A stretch of 54,600 nt of DNA from an uncultured Candidatus Saccharibacteria bacterium (GCA_964500215.1 CAZCNA010000001.1:1-54600); one strand, 5' to 3'; counted from the stretch's first letter, positions 9,443-20,331 are shown. Notes: generated from the sequence alone by a model not told the origin. Translations and numbers: made by a program.

Positions 9443-9989
9443 ATATATGTATTTGATAAGTTTAAAAATATTCCGCCTACGTTATTTAATAACGAATTAA
9501 TAATGTGTAAGCTAAAAATATTTTCGGGTTAATTAATTAACTTGCGAACCCGTCGTGCTGTTCAATGCTGACATACATATATATGTATATGAGACATTAA
9601 CCAACAGGACGGGTCCGCAGTTCCTAAATGACTGAGCATCGGCGCATGTGTCATACCACTTCTTTGTTTTTGTTATCGACACAAAACAAAGAGAGTTGCT
9701 AATGTGATGTTGAGATTCGGAAATGCAGATAGGTCTGAACAATATTCTGAGATGTCTGAAAATGATTACTACTCATAGTAATCGTGTGAGTGACGACTGA
9801 TCAATTTGTTAAATCGAATCGTCTATTAATTTGTCAACGTACTCTCGTTCTGAATTATATTATGCGCGCTATCCAGGACCAAGTAGTAATGTGGATAACT
9901 AACATTAAAATGCATACATACCGTGTACACATTTAGACGGCCAACTAGCGGACATGTTACACCAAAATGGCCCTTTTTGCAATGAAATA

Positions 9990-10766
9990 CTAGCTTATTA
10001 TTGAGTATCGACTCCATCTACGCTCCCCTGCCTTATTCAAAATTCCGGCTTCAACTAGCGCTAAAAGCTCTCTTTGGATGGTTTTTTCGCTGCATCCTTT
10101 GATTACCCCACTGAGATCTCGAATTGAGAGTTCCCCCTTGGCTCTAATAGTCGCAATAATAAGTTCCTGACGCTCATTCTTTCTATCGTGTTTTACCTCA
10201 TTTTGGACTCGCTGAATTCGAGCTGGTGTCTGATTTTGTGCAGAAAATGTTGGTTTATGTTGTTCTGTTGAAGCCTTAGGAGTACTTTGTGACTTGCTCA
10301 TCTGTGTAAGAGCTTCATCCTTTATGAAGTCTGAACTCAATACAAAATTTCGTCCGAGTTTGTTTGGAGCTTCTCGTTCCTCGATAGTCTTGATGAAGAG
10401 CTCAATCTCTCTTTTTATTATCTGATGATTCATAACGGACACAATCCCCGAAAATGTCGCTATCTGAGAATATGAGATAAGTGACAAACTACTTTGAATC
10501 ATTTTGTTCAAAAGATTTTTTCGCTCAGCAGATGGAGAGGTGTTTAATGAAAGTGAGTAACCAATAAGGGACAATGCTGTCTGTCGAATAGATGTCTTTA
10601 ATGGTTCAGAGTCAGAAAGGAAATCTGTAATCATGTAAAGCGCAGCAGCAATCTTCTCTGACTTTTTATATATATAGGTAAAATAATGATCATTATCAAA
10701 GATACTGATTTCGTTCAGTGTTAATATGTTTTGGCTGTCCTTTTGTCTATTAGTATCCTTATCCAT
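9990..10766 (-). CDS. Protein with a C-terminal DeoR-type winged-helix DNA-binding domain and an uncharacterised N-terminal domain
   Basis: C-terminus ELIIATIRAKGELSIRDLSGVIKGCSEKTIQRELLALVEAGILNKAGERRWSRY. Confidence 0.55.
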   Translation of the reverse strand: MDKDTNRQKDSQNILTLNEISIFDNDHYFTYIYKKSEKIAAALYMITDFLSDSEPLKTSIRQTALSLIGYSLSLNTSPSAERKNLLNKMIQSSLSLISYSQIATFSGIVSVMNHQIIKREIELFIKTIEEREAPNKLGRNFVLSSDFIKDEALTQMSKSQSTPKASTEQHKPTFSAQNQTPARIQRVQNEVKHDRKNERQELIIATIRAKGELSIRDLSGVIKGCSEKTIQRELLALVEAGILNKAGERRWSRYSIIS

Positions 10767-10940
10767 AGTATTTGAGTTATATGTAACATATAGTCTTATA
10801 GAATATATGCAAGTGTCTTTTAATAATCCGACCGACCTTTACGCCATCTATGAGTCATGAGATCTACTTTCCTTTATTATATATAAGACAATCTTAAAAG
10901 CAACTTTTAAGAGGACTTTCCTACATGATAAAATAGCCTC

Positions 10941-13229
10941 ATGGCAAAAAAGGAAAAGAAAAAGTCCTCTCAAGAGACAACCGCTGAGAGGCCCATGTTT
11001 AGAGACCTCCAAGAAAGCACCCTCCATAGTGTATGGGGTATCCTACTTCTCGTAGGTTCCCTCTTCTTTCTATTGGCCTCTTTCAAGATAGGCGGTATCG
11101 TTGGCGAAAACATCTATTCAGGACTCACGACACTCCTCGGATTTGGATACTATCTCTTACCGCTTCTTTTATTCATATTATCCCTATCATTCTTTAGCGA
11201 TCATGACAGAAAGTTCCCCTTTTCAAAGACTATAGGTTCTGTCATTTTCTTCTTCTCAGGTCTTGGTCTTTTTGACCTCATTGTTCCAGAGACAGGAGGT
11301 GTTGTAGGCAGACTTGTCGCAGCCCCCTTCCTCAAGTTCTTTGATGTTACAACAGGCCTTATATTCCTTATTGCACTCCTTATAATCGCAGTATTAGTTA
11401 TCTTTGATTCAGCCCTTAGAAAGGAACACTTCATGCCTTGGAGACGCTTTAAAAAGGATTCTATTGAAGATGGCGAGGATATAGAAGACGAATTGGTCAA
11501 AGGCAAGATAGATGAAGCAGCAGCCGCAGCTGAAATTGCTCGAATGAAGGCTGCTGCCAAGCTCGCAGAAGGTGAAACTGGCGAAGAAGAACACCTCGGA
11601 GTTCTTGCCAGTATTCGAAAGAAAATGGGTGTTCAAACAGAGAAACCAGCTGAGCCAGAAACTACAACACCAAGCGACATGATTCAGGTGTCTCGAAAGA
11701 GTATCCTTCTCGGCAAGAATTACATTCAACCACCCCTTTCCCTTCTCGAAATTGATAAAGGAAAGCCTCAAGTTGGTGACATCAAAGCCAACGCAAACAT
11801 CATCAAACGAACACTTCAGAACTTCGGTATTGATGTAGAAATGGATGAAATATCTATTGGCCCTTCTGTTACTCGCTATGCCCTCAAACCAGCTGAAGGT
11901 GTGAAGCTTTCACGAATCCTTGGACTCCAAAATAACCTTGCACTTGCACTTGCCGCTCACCCTATTCGAATCGAAGCACCTATCCCTGGTAAGGCCCTCG
12001 TAGGTATCGAAATTCCAAACAGCGTAAAGACAACAGTTCGACTTGGTAGTTTGCTCGCCAATGATGAATATCAACGATCTGAAAAGCCTCTTTTGTTTGC
12101 GTTAGGTAAAGGCGTTTCAGGAAAGACTCACTTCTCTGATTTGGCAAAAGCTCCCCACCTTCTCATTGCCGGTGCGACAGGTTCTGGTAAGTCTATTACT
12201 ATCCACGCAATCATCTGTTCCCTTCTTTTCAGAAACTCTCCTGATAACCTCCGATTCATCATGATTGACCCGAAGCGAGTGGAACTCACTCAGTATGACA
12301 AGATCGGCCATCTCCTCACTCCAGTTATAAAGGACGCGAAGAAAGCCATTCTAGCGCTCAAATGGGCCGCAAAAGAAATGGACAGACGATATGACCTTTT
12401 GGAAAAGAACTCTGTCCGAGACATCCAGTCATATCACAAGAATGTCCTTATGCCGGCACTCGAGCAAATTAAAAAGACAAAAGGTGACGAAAACGATGAA
12501 GTGGTTATCCCAGATACAATGCCATACATTGTCATCGTTATTGATGAGTTGGCAGATATCATGCAGGCATATCCAAGAGAGCTTGAAGCTGCCATTGTAC
12601 GCCTCGCACAGATGAGTCGAGCCGTTGGTATCCATCTTATCCTTTCTACACAGAGACCTTCCGTAAACGTTATTACAGGTCTTATCAAGGCTAACGTACC
12701 ATCTCGAATTGCTCTTCAGGTGGCATCTCAGATTGACTCTCGAACCATCCTTGATACAAGAGGTGCCGAAGAACTATTGGGTGCCGGAGACATGCTCTTC
12801 CTTTCAAGTGATATGTCTAACCCTCAGCGTATCCAGTCTGCATTCCTTTCTGAAACTGAACTCAAAAACGTTGTTAAACACCTCGTTGATACATCTGATT
12901 CCCTTCCAGATGAAATCGCTATTACGGGCGAATCTGTGACAGGTACAAGTGCCGTTAATGACCCCGTATTCAGTTCAGGCTTCGATGAGTCCGCTTCAAG
13001 CGAAGACGATGATGATCTCTATGAAGAAGCACGTGATCTCGTTATGAAAGCAGGTAAAGCATCTACATCGTATATCCAGAGAAAACTCCGTGTAGGATAT
13101 GCACGTGCTGCGCGTCTTATGGATATCCTCGAAGAGCGAGGAGTTATTGGTCCCTCAGACGGAGCAAAACCTCGAGAAGTTATTGGCTATCAGGGCACCC
13201 AGCAAGATGATGCATCTGACGATGCTTAA
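10941..13229 (+). CDS. ftsK: DNA translocase FtsK/SpoIIIE
   Basis: N-terminal TM helices, Walker A GATGSGKS, Walker B VIVIDELAD, LILSTQRPS, and a C-terminal gamma wHTH (STSYIQRKLRVGYARAARLMDILEERGVIGP). Confidence 0.95.
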   Translation: MAKKEKKKSSQETTAERPMFRDLQESTLHSVWGILLLVGSLFFLLASFKIGGIVGENIYSGLTTLLGFGYYLLPLLLFILSLSFFSDHDRKFPFSKTIGSVIFFFSGLGLFDLIVPETGGVVGRLVAAPFLKFFDVTTGLIFLIALLIIAVLVIFDSALRKEHFMPWRRFKKDSIEDGEDIEDELVKGKIDEAAAAAEIARMKAAAKLAEGETGEEEHLGVLASIRKKMGVQTEKPAEPETTTPSDMIQVSRKSILLGKNYIQPPLSLLEIDKGKPQVGDIKANANIIKRTLQNFGIDVEMDEISIGPSVTRYALKPAEGVKLSRILGLQNNLALALAAHPIRIEAPIPGKALVGIEIPNSVKTTVRLGSLLANDEYQRSEKPLLFALGKGVSGKTHFSDLAKAPHLLIAGATGSGKSITIHAIICSLLFRNSPDNLRFIMIDPKRVELTQYDKIGHLLTPVIKDAKKAILALKWAAKEMDRRYDLLEKNSVRDIQSYHKNVLMPALEQIKKTKGDENDEVVIPDTMPYIVIVIDELADIMQAYPRELEAAIVRLAQMSRAVGIHLILSTQRPSVNVITGLIKANVPSRIALQVASQIDSRTILDTRGAEELLGAGDMLFLSSDMSNPQRIQSAFLSETELKNVVKHLVDTSDSLPDEIAITGESVTGTSAVNDPVFSSGFDESASSEDDDDLYEEARDLVMKAGKASTSYIQRKLRVGYARAARLMDILEERGVIGPSDGAKPREVIGYQGTQQDDASDDA

Positions 13230-13275
13230 TAATTTCTTAGGATTTTATTGATCAATATTTAATGAGAACAAGATT

Positions 13276-13635
13276 ATGATATCAGTGTATGAAGACGGAA
13301 AGCTCATAATTCGTGTACTTCTCATCGCGTTCTTTGTACTGGTCATAGTTGGATATAGTATCTTTCAATCAATAAAGATTATTTCCGGGCCCCAAATATC
13401 AGTTGCTAGTCCCCTTTCAGGATCTACAATCACTCAAAGCGATGTAGATATCAAAGGAGTAGCAAAAAATATATCGTTTATCAGCCTCAATGACCGACCG
13501 ATATATATTGATGAATCCGGCAATTTTCAAGAAAAATTGTTGCTCTATCCCGGCTATAATATAATAAAACTACAAGCTCGAGATAAGTTTGGCGCTTCAG
13601 TCGAAAAGCATCTTGAGCTCGTCTATAAACCTTAG
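13276..13635 (+). CDS. Membrane-anchored protein with a small Ig-like / beta-sandwich ectodomain
   Basis: 119 aa with one TM helix ([21 protein letters not shown]), followed by a beta-rich segment. Confidence 0.45.
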   Translation: MISVYEDGKLIIRVLLIAFFVLVIVGYSIFQSIKIISGPQISVASPLSGSTITQSDVDIKGVAKNISFISLNDRPIYIDESGNFQEKLLLYPGYNIIKLQARDKFGASVEKHLELVYKP

Positions 13636-13652
13636 CTACTAACGAAATTAAT

Positions 13653-14738
13653 ATGGCAAAAAAAACAAAACCAACAAAAAAGATCGGAAAGGAAGAAGAA
13701 GTCGAAACAACAACAGAAGCGCTTGATACAGATGATGCTCCTACTGCTCCACGGGCAAAGGACTCACAGGAAATCAGCGACACTATTGCTCAAATCAAAA
13801 CAAAATTTGGAGATGATGCAATTATGAAGCTTGGCGAAAAGCCAAAGGTGGATGTAAATGCCATCCCTACAGGCTCTATTGGCCTCGATGCAGCTCTTGG
13901 CGTAGGTGGCCTTCCCCGAGGTCGTATCGTAGAAATATTTGGTCCAGAATCATCTGGTAAGACAACTCTCTCTCTTCATGTAATCGCCGAAGCCCAAAAG
14001 CGTGGCGGTATTTGTGCGTTCATCGATGCAGAACACGCCATGGATCCAGACTATTCAAAACGTCTTGGCGTAAAAATTGACGAGCTTCTTATCTCTCAAC
14101 CTGATACAGGAGAACAAGCACTCGAAATCGTTGAAAGCTTGGTTCGATCAGGCAAGCTCGATGTTATTGTCGTTGACTCCGTAGCTGCCCTCACACCAAA
14201 GGATGAAATTGAAGGTGATATGGGTGCACACCACGTAGGTAAACAAGCTCGACTGATGTCACAAGCCCTCAGAAAGCTCACAAGTATCGTTGCCAAATCA
14301 AAAACAATCGTTATCTTCATCAACCAGATTCGAATGCAAATCGGAGTCATGTTTGGTAACCCTGAAACTACTCCAGGAGGAAAGGCTCTCAAATTCTATA
14401 CATCTGTACGACTTGATATCCGTCGAATCGCTCAGATAAAGAAAGGTGAAGAAGTCATGGGTGGCCGTGTTCGTGTAAAGGTTGTAAAGAATAAGGTAGC
14501 AGCTCCATTCAAACAGACAGAATTCGACCTTATGTATAACGAAGGAATCTCACAGGAAGGTGAAATGATTGCCCTAGGAGAAAAGATGGGCATCATCTCA
14601 AAATCTGGTAACTCATATAGTTACGGCGATGTAAAACTCGGCCGAGGATATGATGCAACTCGACAATACCTCAGAGAAAACAAAGACGTTTCAAAGAAAG
14701 TACTCAAAGAGATTCGAGAACACCTCAAAACAATCTAA
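13653..14738 (+). CDS. recA: Recombinase RecA (with a ~35-aa charged N-terminal extension)
   Basis: [17 protein letters not shown] (Walker A), [39 protein letters not shown]. Confidence 0.95.
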   Translation: MAKKTKPTKKIGKEEEVETTTEALDTDDAPTAPRAKDSQEISDTIAQIKTKFGDDAIMKLGEKPKVDVNAIPTGSIGLDAALGVGGLPRGRIVEIFGPESSGKTTLSLHVIAEAQKRGGICAFIDAEHAMDPDYSKRLGVKIDELLISQPDTGEQALEIVESLVRSGKLDVIVVDSVAALTPKDEIEGDMGAHHVGKQARLMSQALRKLTSIVAKSKTIVIFINQIRMQIGVMFGNPETTPGGKALKFYTSVRLDIRRIAQIKKGEEVMGGRVRVKVVKNKVAAPFKQTEFDLMYNEGISQEGEMIALGEKMGIISKSGNSYSYGDVKLGRGYDATRQYLRENKDVSKKVLKEIREHLKTI

Positions 14739-14747
14739 ATAGCCCGT

Positions 14748-14787
14748 ATAATAGGCCTTCAACCAAAGACGGTTGAAGGCCTATTAT
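14748..14787 (+). terminator. 17-bp-stem hairpin after recA (no clear T-tail)
   Basis: TATAATAGGCCTTCAACC-AAAGAC-GGTTGAAGGCCTATTAT. Confidence 0.55.
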
Positions 14788-14801
14788 CATGCTTCCAAAG
14801 G

Positions 14802-14830
14802 TTGCCTCTTCCCCATTTCTGGACTAGAAT
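14802..14830 (+). promoter_or_regulatory. Candidate efp promoter, TTGCCT-17 nt-TAGAAT
   Basis: Hexamers at 14802-14807 and 14825-14830, 27 nt upstream of the efp ATG. Confidence 0.4.
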
Positions 14831-14856
14831 GGCTCTACTAAGTAATAAAAACCGAC

Positions 14857-15423
14857 ATGCTTGAATATAACGAAATCACACTACGAAAATACGTCATTTT
14901 TGAGGGAGAGCCATACGAAGTTCTCGCTTCACACGTATTCCGAAAGCAACAGCGAAAGCCTGTAAACGCCGTAAAGATGCGAAACCTCATCTCTGGCCGA
15001 ATTGTAGAACACTCATTCCACGTATCCGACAAGGCAGAGGAAGCAGAAATTGAGTACAAAAATGTAAAGTATCTCTACAATAACAAGAACGAATGGTGGT
15101 TCTGCGACGAAAAGGATCCTTCAAACCGATTCAAGCTTACAGAAGAACTCCTCGGAGACGCTCGAAAGTTCCTCAAGACAAACTCAATCGTTGAAGCAAA
15201 AATCTACGATGATAGGATCTTTGGCATCGTTATCCCTATCAAGGTAGACCTCAAAGTTACTGAATCAGCTCCAGCTGTACGAGGCGATACTGCCAAGGGT
15301 GGTACAAAGATTGTAACTCTCGAAACAGGTGCAACAATGACTGTTCCTATGTTCATCAACACAGGTGACATTCTCCGAATCAATACTGAAACAGGCGAGT
15401 ACACAGAACGAGTGACGAAGTAG
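14857..15423 (+). CDS. efp: Translation elongation factor P
   Basis: 188 aa with the three-domain EF-P pattern (GEPYEV..., GDTAKGGTK, ETGATMTVPMFINTGD). The beta3-beta4 loop is non-canonical (see findings). Confidence 0.9.
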   Translation: MLEYNEITLRKYVIFEGEPYEVLASHVFRKQQRKPVNAVKMRNLISGRIVEHSFHVSDKAEEAEIEYKNVKYLYNNKNEWWFCDEKDPSNRFKLTEELLGDARKFLKTNSIVEAKIYDDRIFGIVIPIKVDLKVTESAPAVRGDTAKGGTKIVTLETGATMTVPMFINTGDILRINTETGEYTERVTK

Positions 15424-15470
15424 GCCTCCTAAGCAGCCGGAACTGCATTACGAAGCCAAATACACAATAT

Positions 15471-15500
15471 AAAACACCCCAGCCGAAGCTGGGGTGTTTT
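15471..15500. terminator. Bidirectional terminator between efp and rpsR
   Basis: AAAACACCCCAGC-CGAA-GCTGGGGTGTTTT. Confidence 0.8.
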
Positions 15501-15510
15501 ATGTTTGACT

Positions 15511-15714
15511 TTAGTTCGCTACGAATGGCAAGAGGGCCATGTATCGAGCTCGTTTGATTGCCATCGCCAACTTTCGCTGGTTCTTGGCTGTAACGCCTGT
15601 CTTATCACGAGAAAGCATTCGAGCATGAGGATTGATGAACTTTTTGATGAGGTCAACATCCTTATAATCAATATGCTTGATATTATTCTGTGAAAAGTAG
15701 CACTGTTTTTTCAT
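15511..15714 (-). CDS. rpsR: 30S ribosomal protein S18
   Basis: 67 aa. [49 protein letters not shown]. Confidence 0.95.
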   Translation of the reverse strand: MKKQCYFSQNNIKHIDYKDVDLIKKFINPHARMLSRDKTGVTAKNQRKLAMAIKRARYMALLPFVAN

Positions 15715-15789
15715 AAAATGTGCGAGCTTTCGCCCGTGGGTACTTTATTTAATTAATAATCTATCTCGTTTTAACCGCCAAACGAAGTA

Positions 15790-16266
15790 TTAAAATGGAA
15801 TTTCTTCCGGATTAATATCTTCCAAAGGATAATCGAATGAATCGCCAGCTTCTTCATCTTTTGAAGGAGCCTTTGAGGCTGGAGCTGCGGCACTAGCTGC
15901 AGGAGCGGCATAATTGCCTCCCTGTCCAGTTGTACCAGCAGATCGTGGGCCGAACTGAATCTTATCAGCTACAACCTCTGTTCGATACTGTTTTTTGCCA
16001 TCCTGGCCATCCCATGATCGTGTCTGCATTCGACCTTCGACGAATACGCCACTTCCCTTTTTGAGGTACTGTGCAGCGATTTCAGCCTGTCGACCGAATA
16101 CTACTACGTTATGATAATCTACGTTTTCTTGCTTTGCACCGCTCTGGTCTTTCCAAACTCGGTTTGTAGCAACTGAAAATGTTACAACTTGCATCCCTGA
16201 CGGAAGAGCCTTTAATTCAGGGTCTCGTGTAATATTTCCGTAAATGATTGCCTTGTTTAAATACAT
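15790..16266 (-). CDS. ssb: Single-stranded DNA-binding protein
   Basis: OB fold (NKAIIYGNITRDPELK...), Gly/Ala-rich linker, acidic tip DINPEEIPF. Confidence 0.95.
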   Translation of the reverse strand: MYLNKAIIYGNITRDPELKALPSGMQVVTFSVATNRVWKDQSGAKQENVDYHNVVVFGRQAEIAAQYLKKGSGVFVEGRMQTRSWDGQDGKKQYRTEVVADKIQFGPRSAGTTGQGGNYAAPAASAAAPASKAPSKDEEAGDSFDYPLEDINPEEIPF

Positions 16267-16271
16267 ATTTG

Positions 16272-16772
16272 TTATTGTACTACTTCTTCTGTTGATTTTT
16301 CAACATGAGCTTCAGCTCCTTCTGCGAGTACTTCTTTTTCTTCTGAAGAATCGTCTGCTTTAGCGCCCTTCTTTTCTTCTTTTGTTACTGAAGACATTGT
16401 GTTTTCAGCTACAGTTTTGATAAGGAGGTATCGGAGCATTGGATCAAACGCCTTGAGTTCTTTTTCGAGAGCCTCAATCTTGTCTGCTTCAAGAGTGAAC
16501 TTCACCCATCCAAAATACGCCTGTGAATATCGCTTTTTCTGAGACTTTACTGTCTTTGAGATCTCATAAGCAAGGTCTCGAAGCTTTGGAAAATCTTCTG
16601 AAATGAATTCACCGCCTTTCTTTTCAATAAATGATTTAAGGTGAGAGAACTGAACAGCTACATCATCTTCTGCAATTACTGGCACGAAGTGAAAGCCGAG
16701 TTCATATACCTTAAGAGATTCGTTTTGTTCCGCATCCATAGTTGTTGCGTCTTTATTCAGTTCTGTTGACAT
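16272..16772 (-). CDS. rpsF: 30S ribosomal protein S6 (with N-terminal and acidic C-terminal extensions)
   Basis: Conserved rpsF-ssb-rpsR order. Core sequence YELGFHFVP...YFGWVKFTL. Confidence 0.85.
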   Translation of the reverse strand: MSTELNKDATTMDAEQNESLKVYELGFHFVPVIAEDDVAVQFSHLKSFIEKKGGEFISEDFPKLRDLAYEISKTVKSQKKRYSQAYFGWVKFTLEADKIEALEKELKAFDPMLRYLLIKTVAENTMSSVTKEEKKGAKADDSSEEKEVLAEGAEAHVEKSTEEVVQ

Positions 16773-16836
16773 GAGCTACAGACTAGCACAGGTTTTATCA
16801 ATACGCAAGGCGTTTTTAGAGGGGTTTAGAGCCCTT

Positions 16837-17700
16837 TTAGGACAGTTTAAAGGCAGTAAAAGCGTTATCTACAAGGGCCTTTTTGACCTCCTCCAAAGAG
16901 AGCCCCTTAATTTCGGCTATCTTCTCTACTACCTCGATAACGTAGCCTGGCTCGTTCCGCTCACCTCTGTGAGCCGCTGGAGCCACAAATGGGCAGTCTG
17001 TTTCTGACATAATGCGAGAAAGTGGCGCAAATTCGACTAATTCTTTGTATTGTTTCGCAAAAGTAATAACTCCAGTAAATGAAAGTGTAAATCCTCTATC
17101 CAAGAATGCCTTTGCCTCTTCGAGTGTGCCGGCGAAGAAGTGGGCATTCCCTCGTAAGTTTGAACCAGGTAACCTTAAATACTCATCAATTATTTTTAAA
17201 ATTTCTGTATACGAATCTCGTGCATGAATCATAATTGGCTTATCGTACTTCATGGCCAATTCAATTTGAGCTCTGAATGCCTGTTCTTGAAGTCTTTTTG
17301 CCTCTTCCTCCCTACCCTTTGGGAGGTGAAAATAATCCAAACCACATTCGCCAACAGCAACAACTTTCGGATGTTTAACGAGCTCTTCGAATGCAGCGAC
17401 ATCAAATACTTCTCCCATCAGATTATGTTCAGTATTCATGTCCTGCGTGGCTGAATCATCTACTGTTTCTTCGTGAGAACTATGTGATGATACAGGATGT
17501 AGTCCTACTATGGCATACATACCTTCAGGATATGTTTCAGTTAATTTCACGACTTCTTTAGAAGTCTTCAAATCTGTGCCAACATTTATCATCCATACGC
17601 CCTTTTCCTTTGCTCGGGCAACAACTTCTGCTTGATCTGATTCATACACAGGGAAATTAATATGTGCATGAATGTCTATATATTCTGGTCTATTGGACAT
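16837..17700 (-). CDS. TatD-family metal-dependent hydrolase/DNase
   Basis: IDIHAHINF, VGECGLDY, PIMIHARD, SETDCPF motifs. Conserved position downstream of metG. Confidence 0.9.
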   Translation of the reverse strand: MSNRPEYIDIHAHINFPVYESDQAEVVARAKEKGVWMINVGTDLKTSKEVVKLTETYPEGMYAIVGLHPVSSHSSHEETVDDSATQDMNTEHNLMGEVFDVAAFEELVKHPKVVAVGECGLDYFHLPKGREEEAKRLQEQAFRAQIELAMKYDKPIMIHARDSYTEILKIIDEYLRLPGSNLRGNAHFFAGTLEEAKAFLDRGFTLSFTGVITFAKQYKELVEFAPLSRIMSETDCPFVAPAAHRGERNEPGYVIEVVEKIAEIKGLSLEEVKKALVDNAFTAFKLS

Positions 17701-17710
17701 GAAAATTGTC

Positions 17711-19141
17711 TTAATCTTTTCTCAAGAAAAGTGGTTGTTCTGGCTTCTTGTTTTGAACTATCGCAGACTTTATCTTTTGTGCCGTTTCAGGGAGGAGCGG
17801 CTCGAGCATACATGCAATTGCATATAGTCGCTGAACGAGAGTTACGATTTGGGCTTTTCCTTTTTCAATATCTACCTTTATCACCTTGAATGGTTCCTGC
17901 TCTTGTATAAATTTGTCTGTATCGTTTATGTAATTCCAAACAATATTCGAAACCTTATTCAATTCGTATTTTTTGAATGACTCGATATATTCTTCAGGTA
18001 GAGTATATGCGCTGATTTCTACAGCGTTTTCAAGATATGTTTCTGAAAGTTTTAAAATTCGAGATGTTAAGTTACCAATACCATTTGCGAGGTTAGCATT
18101 ATATGTCACCTTGAATGCGTCCATGGTAAAGTCTCCGTCTTCAAATGGTGTTATTTCTCGGAGTAAATAATATCGAAGAGCGTCTGTGCCGTATTCGTTC
18201 ACAACATCAATAGGATTAATAACATTACCAACACTTTTACTCATTTTTTGACCACCACTTGTGATAAATCCATTGATAACAATCTGTCGAGAAGGCTCAA
18301 TATCTGCAGACATAAGCATGGCCTGCCACATGGCAGACTGCTGTCTTAGATTGTCTTTGCCTGCGTATTGCACGCCAGGCCACCATGAGTTGAACTCTGT
18401 ATTGTTTGTAGGCCACCCTATTGCAGCAATATAGTTCACAAGTGCATCAAACCATACATACATAACATGTTCAGAATCACCAGGAACTTCAATACCCCAT
18501 GGCATTTTTGATTTCAATCGTGAAATACTGAAGTCTTCTAAACCCCGTTCCACGAATTTTTTGATCTCATTCAATCTAAAATCAGGTAAAACAAAGTCTG
18601 GTCGTGCTGTGTACAAATCAAGCAACTTTTGCTGGTAGTTAGACCATCTGAAAAAATAATTTTCTTCGTCGATTATTTCAATTGCTTTGTCTGGATGTAA
18701 AGGACATTTATCATCAACCAATTCAGAGTCTGTCTTTTCAAGTTCACAGCCAATACAATATTTTATTTTGTAGAGTTTTTTGTATATGTCCCCTTTGTTA
18801 TCACAAGCTTTCCAAAATTCCTGGGCAGCCTCAATATGCTTTGTATCCGTAGTTCGTATAAAACTTGTATAACTTAAATTCAAAATGCCCTTTAGATCCT
18901 TGAATTTTTGAGCATATCTATCTACATACTGTTGTGGAGTTTCGTTATTTTCGAGAGCCTTCTGATAGATTTTAAGACCATGTTCATCTGTTCCCGTATT
19001 GAAAAATACATTATATCCTTGCGCTGTATAGAATCGCGCAATAGCATCAGCTCTAATTACTTCCATTGCAAAACCAACATGTGGGTCACTATTCACATAT
19101 GGAAGTGTTGTTGTTATATAAAAGTTTTTTTCTTCGGACAT
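17711..19141 (-). CDS. metG: Methionine--tRNA ligase (short form, no C-terminal tRNA-binding domain)
   Basis: YITTTLPYVNSDPHVGF (HIGH-class motif region), KMSKSVGN, 476 aa. Confidence 0.95.
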   Translation of the reverse strand: MSEEKNFYITTTLPYVNSDPHVGFAMEVIRADAIARFYTAQGYNVFFNTGTDEHGLKIYQKALENNETPQQYVDRYAQKFKDLKGILNLSYTSFIRTTDTKHIEAAQEFWKACDNKGDIYKKLYKIKYCIGCELEKTDSELVDDKCPLHPDKAIEIIDEENYFFRWSNYQQKLLDLYTARPDFVLPDFRLNEIKKFVERGLEDFSISRLKSKMPWGIEVPGDSEHVMYVWFDALVNYIAAIGWPTNNTEFNSWWPGVQYAGKDNLRQQSAMWQAMLMSADIEPSRQIVINGFITSGGQKMSKSVGNVINPIDVVNEYGTDALRYYLLREITPFEDGDFTMDAFKVTYNANLANGIGNLTSRILKLSETYLENAVEISAYTLPEEYIESFKKYELNKVSNIVWNYINDTDKFIQEQEPFKVIKVDIEKGKAQIVTLVQRLYAIACMLEPLLPETAQKIKSAIVQNKKPEQPLFLRKD

Positions 19142-19215
19142 GTCTTTAATAATTTATTTAGAAAATATGTATCGGATATTCATAAAGCATCTGCAATACT
19201 ATGCTCGTGCATCAC

Positions 19216-20331
19216 CTACTCTCGCGTGTGGTCGACATGCGAATGTGTCTGATGTACCGGAGTCGCAATGTTCACTATAGCGTTTCGTTTTTTCTTGTCG
19301 ACATCATCGAGATATTCCATGAGGGCCACAGAAATTGGAACAGAGAGGAGCGCTCCGATGAATCCTGCAAGCTCAGCGCCCGCAACGAGGGAGATAATCA
19401 CCAATAATGGTGGAACTCCCACAATCTTCTTTACGGCAATTGGATAAATAACGTGTGCCTCAATTTGCTGAATGAACAAATATACGGCGATTACAATGAG
19501 CCCAAGGCCAATACCCTGATCCAGCACAGCAATCAAGAATGCAGGAATAGCTGAAAGTGTGAGACCTATCACTGGTATAAGCTCAAATATTGCTGCAAAA
19601 AATGCGAGCAATAATGGATGACTTACACCAATAATAAGGAGACTTACATATGTAAGCACACACACGACAATGGCGAGAAGCAATTGTCCTTGCATCCATC
19701 TGCCAATTTTGAGCTGAGTTCGCTTCCACAAGCCTCGGATATATTTCTCATTCTCGATCGGTGTAACAATAGCCAAGAATTCTCCCACTCCATCTTCACG
19801 AACTGAGAGATAAAATGAAATTACAACCACAAGGACGAAGCTGATGATGCCTCCGAAGAATCCAGCAACAGTGTCAAATATTCCGCCAGAAAATTCTGAA
19901 ACGGTTTTTGTGATATTCCCAATGAGATCTTCTACAGAAATACTGTTTGGAAGGTTTGGAAAAAATGTCTTTACACTCACAAACGCATCCTTGTGAACCG
20001 GCTTCAAAATGTCGATTGTTCGAATATGTTCGGGGAGATTCTGGAGCGCAGCGATTGTCTGTCCCAATAATGGTGGGACAATGAAGGTAAAGATAGAAAT
20101 GATACAGCCTGCGATGAGCACATACATGAAAATAGCGGCCAATACTCGAGGTATTTTACGCTTCACGAACCACTGAGTACCTGGCTCGATAACTGTTGCA
20201 ATTACGACGGCTGTGAGCACTACGAGAACGAGTCCTGTAAGCTTGAATACAAATAATGCAGCCAACATGAAAAGGCCGATTTTTATCAGTGTTCCTGTAC
20301 TAATTGTGATAGATAAATGCTTGTCACCCAT
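19216..20331 (-). CDS. AI-2E family transporter (PerM/YhhT-like permease)
   Basis: Multi-pass membrane protein with the typical ...AALFELIPVIG... and ...VGVPPLLVIISLVAGAELAGFIGALLSVP segments. The track ORF begins at a GTG (20373). I use the first ATG. Confidence 0.8.
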   Translation of the reverse strand: MGDKHLSITISTGTLIKIGLFMLAALFVFKLTGLVLVVLTAVVIATVIEPGTQWFVKRKIPRVLAAIFMYVLIAGCIISIFTFIVPPLLGQTIAALQNLPEHIRTIDILKPVHKDAFVSVKTFFPNLPNSISVEDLIGNITKTVSEFSGGIFDTVAGFFGGIISFVLVVVISFYLSVREDGVGEFLAIVTPIENEKYIRGLWKRTQLKIGRWMQGQLLLAIVVCVLTYVSLLIIGVSHPLLLAFFAAIFELIPVIGLTLSAIPAFLIAVLDQGIGLGLIVIAVYLFIQQIEAHVIYPIAVKKIVGVPPLLVIISLVAGAELAGFIGALLSVPISVALMEYLDDVDKKKRNAIVNIATPVHQTHSHVDHTRE

